The notes under the pieces were generated by a model. The model was not told where the DNA came from. It worked only from the letters and a program-made list of their open reading frames with translations, and ran no database searches. This document shows positions 10,768 to 18,921 of a DNA stretch of 64,000 bases, piece by piece. Source of the stretch: Patescibacteria group bacterium (lineage in GTDB: Bacteria > Patescibacteriota > Patescibacteriia > Patescibacteriales > JBAZCA01); assembly GCA_041671125.1 (NCBI GenBank), contig JBAZCA010000006.1, positions 3,184 to 67,183 of the forward strand, in the 5' to 3' direction. A program made the translations under genes and the position numbers. Every line of letters starts with the position of its first letter. Within the stretch, counting starts at the first letter, position 1.

Positions 10768-12177
10768 TTATCTCCCCCCCCTTGAAACCACCGTCGCCAC
10801 GGTTTTTAAGATAATGGACAGATCCAGATAAATGGATCTGTTTTTTATATAAAAGAGGTCGTATTGCAGTTTCTTTAAGCTGTCTTCGTAAGACGGGGAA
10901 TGGTACTGTCCGGAAATCTGGTCCCAGCCGGTGGCGCCGGGCTTAACGAGCGTCCGTTCGCGGTAAAAAGGGATTTGCTTTTCCAATAAAGCGACCAGCT
11001 CCGGCCGTTCAGGCCGCGGGCCGACGAAACTCATTTCGCCTTTTAAGATGTTAATCGCCTGGGGGATTTCGTCAAGGCGGGTTTTCCGCATGAAACCGCC
11101 GAAGCCGGTTACGCGCGGATCATCCTCAACTGTCGGCGAACGGTCGTTGTCGTTTTCGCGCATGGAGCGGAATTTAAGCATTCGGAATTCATTCCCGTTT
11201 TTTCCGCTCCGGCTCATGCGGATGAAAACCGGCCCCCGGCTTTGGATTTTTATAATGATGGCAATTAACGGCCAGAAGGGAAGGGTAATAACGAGAATGG
11301 CGAGCGAGAGAATTATATCATAAGCCCGCTTAAAGAGGTCAAAGCCGCTTTTTTTTCCTTCGTTCATGTTTTCAAGAAACCACATCTCGCTGATAGCTTC
11401 AACCGGCACTTTGCCGGTAAGCTGTTCGTAAAAGTTCGCCAGACTCTGATACTTAATATTTAAAGGTAGACAGGAAAAAAGCGCTGTCCGAAGTTCGCCG
11501 GATTCGCGGGGATTTTCGGAAAAAATTAGCGCGGAAATTTTATTTTTTTCCGCCATATTTTTTAGCTCGCTGATTCTAATGATTGGCGGAAAAGTGAATT
11601 GATAACCCTGTTTATTAGCGGTTTCCGCCATGTTTTGGCCGGCTTGGTTTGCGTCGGCACTATTTTTTTCTTCAACAATAAACTTAACCTCATATCCGAG
11701 ATGGGGTTTTTTTATGAGATAAGCAATTAGTTCGCGGGACTGGCGGTTTAAACCGGCAAAAGCCAGGTTGGTTTTTGGCAGGCGCGACTTTAAAAGCCAG
11801 TTGCAGGCGCGCCGCCAGAGGATAAAAATAATGCCGTAGATGAAGATGAAAATTATCAGGTTTGTTTTTGGGGCAATGCCCATGCCGGGCGAAGCGTAAA
11901 AAAAGATGACCGAAAGCAGGGCGGCGACCAAGAGGCTTTGGGTTATTTTCCGGATGAACTCCGATCCATTAACCGCGGCTTTTAAATCGTAGAGGCCGGA
12001 GATGTAAAAAATAATTATCCAGCCGAAAAAAATGGCTGTAAAAGGAAAGAAATGATCCTGCCAGGTAGCGGCCGTCGGCAGGCTGAAATAGCGGAGGCTG
12101 AGGGCGAGATAAAGCGCCAAATATAGGAAAACAAAGTCGCCGAAAAGTATGGTGAATTTTTTTAAACGGTTATTCAT
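10768..12177 (-). CDS. Polyprenyl-phosphate glycosyl-1-phosphate transferase (WbaP/PglC-type sugar transferase)
   Basis: Four N-terminal TM segments plus a C-terminal Bac_transf domain (KRAYDIILSL, MLKFRSM, DEIPQAINILKGEMSFVGPRP). Confidence 0.85.
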   Translation of the reverse strand: MNNRLKKFTILFGDFVFLYLALYLALSLRYFSLPTAATWQDHFFPFTAIFFGWIIIFYISGLYDLKAAVNGSEFIRKITQSLLVAALLSVIFFYASPGMGIAPKTNLIIFIFIYGIIFILWRRACNWLLKSRLPKTNLAFAGLNRQSRELIAYLIKKPHLGYEVKFIVEEKNSADANQAGQNMAETANKQGYQFTFPPIIRISELKNMAEKNKISALIFSENPRESGELRTALFSCLPLNIKYQSLANFYEQLTGKVPVEAISEMWFLENMNEGKKSGFDLFKRAYDIILSLAILVITLPFWPLIAIIIKIQSRGPVFIRMSRSGKNGNEFRMLKFRSMRENDNDRSPTVEDDPRVTGFGGFMRKTRLDEIPQAINILKGEMSFVGPRPERPELVALLEKQIPFYRERTLVKPGATGWDQISGQYHSPSYEDSLKKLQYDLFYIKNRSIYLDLSIILKTVATVVSRGGR

Positions 12178-12201
12178 GGTTTAGAAATACCATATTTCCG
12201 G

Positions 12202-12732
12202 CTAAAATTCAAGCCTGGCCGCCGCGTTTTCGTTTTTTTTCATGTAGGCCAAAGCCAGCTCATAGCTTCCGGCCAAGGCCGCGGTATAGAAGAGGTCGCC
12301 CGCTAGGCTGTTTTTGAAAAAAGGCAGAGCTAAGAAAAAGCATTGGTATAGTCCGGAAAGGCTATGTTCATACCAGTTTCCGAACGCCCAGACTGAAAAG
12401 TTGGTGAGAAGGAAAAATAGAACGCTTCCAAAAACCGTTCCCCCGATAACCGTGGCGGCGTTTTTTTCCTTTTTTATTGCCATGCCGATAAGGGTCATGA
12501 TAATAAAACCTAAGTAAACCGAAAGCATAACCGGCCAAGCGTAAAAGCCGAGAAAAAGATCGCTTAAAAACATGGCCGCAATCGGCAAAATAAGCGCCCA
12601 GCGCCGCGGCAGATAAATACCCGAAAAAATCGCCGCTCCTCCCAGGGCGGTGAAGTTCGCCGGATGCGGCAAAAAGCGGGTGGAGATGCCGAGAATGATT
12701 AAGGCAAAGGCGGGCAAATAATATTTTTTCAT
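12202..12732 (-). CDS. Small polytopic membrane protein, DUF6580-like putative transporter component
   Basis: 176 aa with 5-6 hydrophobic helices. Motifs LPHPANFTALGGAAIF, LTNFSVW, LPFFKNSLAGDLFY as I recall them for the DUF6580 family. Last gene of the riboswitch-led operon. Confidence 0.5.
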   Translation of the reverse strand: MKKYYLPAFALIILGISTRFLPHPANFTALGGAAIFSGIYLPRRWALILPIAAMFLSDLFLGFYAWPVMLSVYLGFIIMTLIGMAIKKEKNAATVIGGTVFGSVLFFLLTNFSVWAFGNWYEHSLSGLYQCFFLALPFFKNSLAGDLFYTAALAGSYELALAYMKKNENAAARLEF

Positions 12733-12814
12733 AAAGTTTAGCTAAGGCCGGAGCTTAAGTTTGCCGGCGATTGATTATTTAATTATATCAGGCGGTTTTT
12801 ATTTTGTCATCCGG

Positions 12815-14953
12815 CTAGCGCCTTTTCGCGCCGCTGTAGGCAATTGCCCGGATTATGTTCCAGTCTTTAAGATTTTCCGGCGTGCGGCCGTAAACCGCGA
12901 TAAAGCTTTTCAGGGCCGCTTCCTCGTCTTTTATTTTTCTTTTAGGAAGGAGCCCGTAAGCCGCGACAATAACAAAAGCGTTTTCACGGGGATCGTTCAT
13001 ATCGGCCTCATGCTTGTAGATTTTTAAAAATTCTTTTTTAGAAACGGTTTCCCGGTCTTTATTTCTTTGACCCGGCCAGCGGCCGTTTAAAATTTTTATC
13101 ACGTCTTCCCAGTCGGCTTCGCTTAGAGGCTCGTGGCCGAACGCCAGGTTGTAGGCGGAAAGCGCCGGCTTTAAGGTTTGATCCTCTGATTTTTTATCTA
13201 AAGCCGTTTTGTCCGCTTCCGGACTATTAATTTTTTCTCCCAAAATTTTTTCTTCTGGATCTTCATTGTCTTTTTCTACTGGCGGTTCTTCTTCTGTCTT
13301 CTTATTTTCACCGTCTTTATCAGAGTCTTCATCTTCAGCCGCGTCATCAGTTAAGCCTGCTCCACTGTTTTTGTTTTTAGGATCCAGGCTCGCGGGTGAT
13401 GGAAAGTTAATTAAAACATCCGGCCAGCTTTTCTTTAGACCGGCCGGCAGGGCGTAAGCCGAGGCCCAGATCCGGGTATTTTTGTCCTCAGCCGGAGATA
13501 AAAGGCCGCCGTCCGGATTTTGCAGGCCGGCAAGATATTCAAGCGGGGTTTTATTATTTTTTTTCCAGTCGTTTTCGTTTTCCCTCAAAGCGTAAATCGC
13601 CTGCAGAGCCCAGCTCGTAGAAAAGCTGTTGCCAAACCCGGCGTCTTGTCCCTGCTTTTCTTTTAAATAAAATCTGGCCTTAGTAATAGATTCTTCCGCG
13701 CCGGCGGAATTTTTAACGGTCAAAAGCGCCTCTATGGCGGCGGAAGTTAAGTCAACGCCGCCCCAGCCGCCGTCTTGCCTTTGGGCGGAGAGCAGTTGGC
13801 TTAACGCGCCATTAAATATTTCATCCCCGGCGCTAAAACCGGCTTTTCTTAAAACCAGAATCGCGAAAATATCGTCATTAAAGTTTTCCGGATCCCCGGA
13901 TTGGCCGTTAGCGTATTCTTCGGTTATTTTATTAATGTAATTGGTTTTAGTCCCGTTGTAAGGGCTAATTCCGAGGCTCATCAAAGCCATTGCCCGGCGC
14001 ATGTAATCGGTCAGCAGGTTCCCGGGCTGAGGATCGCCCAGTAAATAATTTTTTATTTTTTCCGTGTTACTGCCCGAAGCCGCCAAAGCAATCGCCGTCC
14101 AGTCGGAAATTATTATTGTCGGCATTGAGCCGTCTTCTTTCTGATTTGCCAGTAAAAAATTTATAAGTTTAGCGCTGTCAATATTGGCGGCAATAGGCGG
14201 GATAACCGATCCTCCGCCGTAATTACCACTGCTTCCTGTCGGAGCAGGGGTCTCTTCTTCTTCCGGCTCTTCCTCTTCAGCCGGAAGTAAAGGAGTTATA
14301 GTGAGGCTTTGGCTATTAATATAGCCGGCTTTTTCGCCGTAGATAATATAAGGAGACGAAGTGCTGATAAAAAGTTCATAATCGCCGGCCGGATTAGCCC
14401 GGCTCTCGCCGTTGATTATTAAAGCGCTCTCGGCCGCCGGACTCCAGACCGGATTCCAAAATTCATCCAGTCCGAATTCAGACAGCCGGATTGTAGAAGT
14501 GGAATTGACCGGTGGAGCGCTTTCCGCTATTTCCAGTTTTAACGGGTTGACGCCATAAGCTAAAAGCAGGTTTTCGCCTTCGGTTAAAACATGGCTGTTT
14601 AGAGCCGTTTGCCCGTATTCCAGATTAGAAAACCACTGCCAGTAAATTCCGTTTGCTTCATCATTATTCTTATGGCCTCCAAGCGAATTAAGGAAGGCCG
14701 AGCTCTCCCAATAACTCCAATCGCTTTTCAATCCTGACTGCAGAACCGCGCACATGGCGTTTAAGGTGCTGGTCGCGCTTTCGTCAGTCTCGGCACAAGG
14801 CATAACTTCAAGGGTGTTGTCGTAAACGATTTCTTCTTCGGCCGCGATTTTAAGATGAACGCTGACCTTTTCCCCTTCCGCGTTTCCGGTGAGCGGGAAA
14901 AAAATCGCCAGGGCGGCTAAAATCCCCAATCCTTTAAAAATTTGATTCTTCAT
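12815..14953 (-). CDS. Secreted multidomain protein: DUF4430 domain + beta-sandwich + prenyltransferase/squalene-cyclase-like alpha/alpha toroid + acidic linker + conserved C-terminal tri-repeat module
   Basis: ORF 12815..15022. ATG at 14953 gives the signal peptide MKNQIFKGLGILAALAIFFPLTGNA. Toroid repeats DGGWGG, QDAGFGNSFSTSWALQAI, NPDGGLL. The C-terminus is homologous to the C-terminus of ORF 47631..50885. Confidence 0.6.
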   Translation of the reverse strand: MKNQIFKGLGILAALAIFFPLTGNAEGEKVSVHLKIAAEEEIVYDNTLEVMPCAETDESATSTLNAMCAVLQSGLKSDWSYWESSAFLNSLGGHKNNDEANGIYWQWFSNLEYGQTALNSHVLTEGENLLLAYGVNPLKLEIAESAPPVNSTSTIRLSEFGLDEFWNPVWSPAAESALIINGESRANPAGDYELFISTSSPYIIYGEKAGYINSQSLTITPLLPAEEEEPEEEETPAPTGSSGNYGGGSVIPPIAANIDSAKLINFLLANQKEDGSMPTIIISDWTAIALAASGSNTEKIKNYLLGDPQPGNLLTDYMRRAMALMSLGISPYNGTKTNYINKITEEYANGQSGDPENFNDDIFAILVLRKAGFSAGDEIFNGALSQLLSAQRQDGGWGGVDLTSAAIEALLTVKNSAGAEESITKARFYLKEKQGQDAGFGNSFSTSWALQAIYALRENENDWKKNNKTPLEYLAGLQNPDGGLLSPAEDKNTRIWASAYALPAGLKKSWPDVLINFPSPASLDPKNKNSGAGLTDDAAEDEDSDKDGENKKTEEEPPVEKDNEDPEEKILGEKINSPEADKTALDKKSEDQTLKPALSAYNLAFGHEPLSEADWEDVIKILNGRWPGQRNKDRETVSKKEFLKIYKHEADMNDPRENAFVIVAAYGLLPKRKIKDEEAALKSFIAVYGRTPENLKDWNIIRAIAYSGAKRR

Positions 14954-15632
14954 ATTTCCAGGTAATGACGTCGCCGGTTTTGGGGAAGTAGCTTGAGATT
15001 CCCGTCTTGGCCGGAGCGTCATTAATATAATAAATCCAAAACATGCCTTTTAGCGGGCTGTCTTTCAGTCCGTTTATTTCTTCAATATAATAACCCATGC
15101 CGCCGTATTCTTTGGTTTTAAAATTTAAGGCGTTTTGAGTCCTTAATTTGTCCATTAAATCATAAACATTATCTCCTTCCACTAACTCTGCTTCGTATTT
15201 TTTATTTTCAACGTAAATGTTAATAATTATTCGCTCTTTCTCCGAAATTTTTTCTTCATCAGCGTCCGGCGCTTCGTCTGTTTTTTTAATTTTTTCTCCG
15301 ATAACATCACCCGCCATTGGTTTTGCCCTTGCTCCGGTTTTTTCCGGAGTTTTAATCGGAACATCCTTGTCCGGCTGGGTGTTGGCGGCAAAATCAGGTT
15401 GTAAGGCGCTGGCCAGCGGATCGCTGTCTTTTACATCCAATGAATCAGTTTCCTTACTTTCTTCTTTTGACGGCGCATTTTCTGATATTTCAGCTGTATT
15501 GTTATCTGGATCATTAAATTGATGATCATTCTGGAGCGGATTTTTTTCTATGGACTTAAAGAAAAAAAACAGGGATATAAAAATTCCCGCGATTATAAAT
15601 ATTTTCAGGCCGATTTTGAAATTTGGTTTCAT
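14934..15632 (-). CDS. Membrane-anchored DUF4430 domain protein
   Basis: N-terminal TM helix, acidic linker and a C-terminal DUF4430-like domain (YDLMDKL...GYYIEEINGL...FWIYYINDAPAKTGISSY...GDVITWKY). Overlaps the downstream gene start by 20 nt. Confidence 0.65.
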   Translation of the reverse strand: MKPNFKIGLKIFIIAGIFISLFFFFKSIEKNPLQNDHQFNDPDNNTAEISENAPSKEESKETDSLDVKDSDPLASALQPDFAANTQPDKDVPIKTPEKTGARAKPMAGDVIGEKIKKTDEAPDADEEKISEKERIIINIYVENKKYEAELVEGDNVYDLMDKLRTQNALNFKTKEYGGMGYYIEEINGLKDSPLKGMFWIYYINDAPAKTGISSYFPKTGDVITWKYEESNF

Positions 15633-15654
15633 AAAAAAAACCGCTTACGAGCGG
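15633..15654 (-). terminator. Short hairpin + U8 in the riboswitch expression platform (candidate attenuator terminator)
   Basis: Minus-strand ccgctcgtaagcgg followed by tttttttt, immediately before the ATG at 15632. The upstream cgagc can pair with gctcg as an alternative structure. Confidence 0.45.
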
Positions 15655-15730
15655 GGTAAAAAATCCTTAAAAAGGATTCCTGGCCTTTTAAAAAGGCCTG
15701 TCCCTGCTCGGGGAAAAATAAATAATAATT

Positions 15731-15812
15731 AAATTCAGCATTCTGGCTTTCCGCCTTGGGCGGATTACAGTTGCGGCACAGCGCCTGATTTTCACAGGAC
15801 TTTCCTGAATTT
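15731..15812 (-). promoter_or_regulatory. Cobalamin riboswitch aptamer (compact, short P6; class-II-like)
   Basis: Minus strand reads AAAUUCAG-GAAAGUCCUGUGAAAAUCAGGCGCUGUGCCGCAACUGUAA-uccgcccaaggcgga-AAGCCAGAAUG-CUGAAUUU. It contains the conserved GGAAA, GUGAAAAUC, CCGCAACUGUAA and B12-box-like AAGCCAG elements, and an 8-bp P1. Confidence 0.75.
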
Positions 15813-15824
15813 AATCTATTGTTA

Positions 15825-15854
15825 ATAGTAGCGGGTATAAATTTTACTGTCAAC
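15825..15854 (-). promoter_or_regulatory. Sigma70-type promoter for the riboswitch operon
   Basis: Minus-strand TTGACA (15854-15849), 18-nt spacer, TACTAT (15830-15825). Confidence 0.5.
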
Positions 15855-15892
15855 GGGTTGAAAATTGCGATTCTAAATGCTAGACTAAAGTC

Positions 15893-16912
15893 ATGAAAGA
15901 CGAGCTGGAACAAAGCGGCTGGCCGTTAACGGGCAATGAGCGGGCCGGAGAATATCTCTTAAAAAGCGCGAGAAGGGGCGGCCTTTCCGGCGCCTATATT
16001 TTTTGCGGTCCGGCAGACCTTGGGAAGGGAACAGCGGCCAGGTTTTTCGCCAGAATTCTTCTTTGCGAGAACCTGGGAAAAACCGGAGCCAAACTGCCTT
16101 GCGGCCGCTGTCCTTCCTGTAAAACCGGTCCGGCGCACGGGGATTTGTTTATTGTCCAAAAAGAAGAAGAAAAGAAAAATATCTCCATAGAGCAGATCCG
16201 GGAGTTCATTAAAATGATGAGTCTGGGTTCATTTTTAGGGGACTACAAAGTCGGGATAATCAAAGACGCGGACAGTCTTAGTATTGAAGCCGCGAACGCC
16301 CTTTTAAAAACCCTGGAAGAGCCGAAAAAGAAAACCGTGATAATCCTGATCGTAACCGATTTGGACAAAATTTTGCCGACCATAGTTTCAAGAAGTCAGA
16401 CGCTCCATTTTTTTCCGGTTAAGGCTGGCGTAATTCAGGATTTTCTTATTAGCCGGCATAAAACCGGGCGGAGCGCGGCGAAGAATTTTTCCCGTCTGGC
16501 GCTCGGCCGGCCGGCCTTAGCCGTTAAGATGCTTATGGAAAAAGATTATTATGAAGATTACCTTTCGGTTGCCGGCGTTTTTTTTAAAATGATACCGGCG
16601 GGTATTAACGAGCGGCTGGACATTACGGAAAAACTGATCGGAAAAAAAGAAAGCGCCCAGGCGGCGGCGCGTTCGGCCGAGAGGATTCTTAATATCTGGG
16701 AAGGGGCGGCGCGGGATCTTATTCTTTTAGTAACTGGTCAGGCGGATTTAATCCGGCACGAAGTTGAAGAAAAAGCCATAAAGACGGCCGGAAGAATATA
16801 TAGCATGGAAAGGATAGTAAACTTTTTTGAACTCTCCGGCAAAGCCCGCGATTATTTAAGGGCTAATGTCAGCCCGAAGTTGGTATTGGAAGAGGTGGTA
16901 ATTAATTTATAG
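15893..16912 (+). CDS. holB: DNA polymerase III delta-prime subunit
   Basis: AAA+ clamp-loader motifs GPADLGKGTAARFFA, zinc module CGRCPSCK, SRSQ. Confidence 0.8.
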   Translation: MKDELEQSGWPLTGNERAGEYLLKSARRGGLSGAYIFCGPADLGKGTAARFFARILLCENLGKTGAKLPCGRCPSCKTGPAHGDLFIVQKEEEKKNISIEQIREFIKMMSLGSFLGDYKVGIIKDADSLSIEAANALLKTLEEPKKKTVIILIVTDLDKILPTIVSRSQTLHFFPVKAGVIQDFLISRHKTGRSAAKNFSRLALGRPALAVKMLMEKDYYEDYLSVAGVFFKMIPAGINERLDITEKLIGKKESAQAAARSAERILNIWEGAARDLILLVTGQADLIRHEVEEKAIKTAGRIYSMERIVNFFELSGKARDYLRANVSPKLVLEEVVINL

Positions 16913-16990
16913 AATAGCATAACGCGTAACGTTCATTAATTAATGTGGTTTTTCGGATAGTTTTGTGGGTAAAATTGGCATCCCCACCCT

Positions 16991-17138
16991 GTCATCCTGA
17001 GCGAAGCGAAGGATCTAATTGCACTAAGCACGAATAGAAAAGAGCCTCACTATGAAATTATGTCATAAATTATAGCGTCTTCCGGCTGGTGATAAATTCG
17101 TCTCAATTAGATCCTTCGCCGACACGGCTCAGGATGAC
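16991..17138. repeat. Family-A palindromic MITE-like element (gtcatcctgagc...gaaggatc termini)
   Basis: Terminal inverted repeats gtcatcctgagcgaagcgaaggatctaattg / caattagatccttcgccgacacggctcaggatgac. Intergenic. Confidence 0.8.
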
Positions 17139-17260
17139 AAAGAGAGGTTGTTTACGCGCAAGCGAATAAGGTCTTGTAATTTTTAAATTTAAAAATTGAC
17201 GCATTGAAAATTGTTTGACCTGCCTGCCGGTAGGAAATTAAAAATTAAAAATTTTTACTT

Positions 17261-18331
17261 ATGTTTTTTTCAAAGAATAAACTCGCAATCAGTTTAATCG
17301 CGGCGGCCATTTTTCTCTCCGGCTGCAGCGTAAGTTTTAACACCGGCGGCGGAGCGGCTAATGGAGCGATTGACGGGGGGATTTACCGGTCGGAAAATAA
17401 GGGCGCGGTTTGGGCGCAAAAAACCCTCTCTCTTAGCGTCGGCGGCCGATCGCTTGATGTTAGGGCGCTTGATACCGGAGTTTTGGAAATGGATCCGTCC
17501 GACCCGGCAACGCTTTATCTCGGGAGCCTTGAGAACGGCGTTTATTACAGTTATGATCGGGGCGAAAGCTGGCAGGTTATCAGCCGTCTTGGAAAGACGG
17601 CGATTAGCGCGCTCGCCGTTGATCCTGGCGATAAATGCATCCTTTATGCCGCCACGGCTAACCGGGTGGTGAAGTCGGTTGACTGCGGCCGTTTCTGGGA
17701 TCAGGCTTATTTTGACAATGATCCGGCGGTCGCGATTCGGGCCATTGCCGTTGACCCGGTTGAAAGCGCCTGGATATTTATTACCACCAGCCGGGGAGAA
17801 GTGATAAAAAGCGTTGACGCGGGAAAAACCTGGCGGACTGTCGGGCGGCTTGAGAGCGACGTGGTAAAAATAAAATTGAGTCCCCATAACCCGGATATAA
17901 TTTTCGCCGGCACGAGAGACGCGGGAGTTTTTCGTTCGTTTGATTCCGGAGAATCATGGCAGAGCCTTGAAGAAGAACTAAAAGATTTTAAGGATAATAA
18001 ACGCTTCCGCGACTTAACCTGGAGCCAGTCGGACGCGGGAACAATTTTTCTCGCCAACGGCTACGGCTTTTTAAAATCAACCGACGATGGCGATACCTGG
18101 GCGAATATTGAGCTGATACCTCCCCAGGAAGAAACCGTAATTAATTCCATTGCCGTAAACCCTAAAAGCGCTGACGAACTGTATTACGTTACCAACACGA
18201 CTTTTTACCATTCAATTGACGGCGGCAAAAATTGGTCTTCAAAAAAACTTCCGACCACGCGCCTGGGCTGGCGGCTAATCGTTGATCCGGAGAAGCCGGA
18301 TATTGTTTATTTGGGAGTGAGGAAGCGGTAG
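17261..18331 (+). CDS. Lipoprotein with Asp-box (BNR) repeats, beta-propeller (Ycf48/sortilin-like)
   Basis: Lipobox LSGCS. Five SxDxGxxW motifs (SYDRGESW, SVDAGKTW, SFDSGESW, STDDGDTW, SIDGGKNW). Confidence 0.7.
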   Translation: MFFSKNKLAISLIAAAIFLSGCSVSFNTGGGAANGAIDGGIYRSENKGAVWAQKTLSLSVGGRSLDVRALDTGVLEMDPSDPATLYLGSLENGVYYSYDRGESWQVISRLGKTAISALAVDPGDKCILYAATANRVVKSVDCGRFWDQAYFDNDPAVAIRAIAVDPVESAWIFITTSRGEVIKSVDAGKTWRTVGRLESDVVKIKLSPHNPDIIFAGTRDAGVFRSFDSGESWQSLEEELKDFKDNKRFRDLTWSQSDAGTIFLANGYGFLKSTDDGDTWANIELIPPQEETVINSIAVNPKSADELYYVTNTTFYHSIDGGKNWSSKKLPTTRLGWRLIVDPEKPDIVYLGVRKR

Positions 18332-18356
18332 GTTGTAAATATTAATAAATATTATT

Positions 18357-18911
18357 ATGAACAAATACATCCAAACCAAGGAGAGCGATTTAAAAGATGC
18401 TATTGAATTTTTTAAAAAAGACATCGCGAGCCTTAGGACCGGCCGCGCCAACCCGTCGCTATTGGACGGGGTGATGATTGATTCTTACGGCGTAAAAACT
18501 CCGGTTCAGAACGTCGCGAGCATAACCGTTGCCGATGGACGAAGCATGACTGTTACTCCCTGGGACAAGAGTATCTTAAAGGAGGCGGAAAAGGGCATTG
18601 TTGACGCGAACCTGGGCGTTGGCGTAGTTAACGAGGGTGATAAGCTCCGGATTTCCATCCCGCTGATGACCGAGGAAAACCGCAAAGAGCTCGTAAAAAA
18701 ATTAAACGAGAAAATGGAAAAAGGTCGGGTTTCACTCCGCCAGGTCAGGGATGAAATAAAAAACGGGATTGAAGACGGCTTTAAGAAAAAAGAAATTTCT
18801 GAAGATGATAAATTTAAGTTCATTGCCGAGCTGGACGAAACGATCAGGGAGCGGAATGACGAGCTGAAAGCGATCCGGGATAAGAAAGAAGAAGATATAA
18901 TGACGATTTAA
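18357..18911 (+). CDS. frr: Ribosome recycling factor
   Basis: 184 aa. LRTGRANPSLLD, ITVADGRSMTVTPWDK and PLMTEENRKELVK are typical of Frr. Confidence 0.95.
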   Translation: MNKYIQTKESDLKDAIEFFKKDIASLRTGRANPSLLDGVMIDSYGVKTPVQNVASITVADGRSMTVTPWDKSILKEAEKGIVDANLGVGVVNEGDKLRISIPLMTEENRKELVKKLNEKMEKGRVSLRQVRDEIKNGIEDGFKKKEISEDDKFKFIAELDETIRERNDELKAIRDKKEEDIMTI

Positions 18912-18921
18912 TAATTTATTT

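Noticed and set aside
14954-15022. N-terminal extension of the 735-aa ORF (MTLRPRRESQATSPKP...).
   Set aside because: The extension overlaps the upstream DUF4430 gene. The internal ATG at 14953 yields a proper signal peptide.
15633-15892. The structured intergenic region was first considered as an SRP (4.5S) or 6S RNA gene.
   Set aside because: It lacks the SRP helix-8 GGAA/AGCAGC signature and a 6S central bubble. The minus-strand sequence instead matches cobalamin-riboswitch core motifs and sits directly upstream of a gene.
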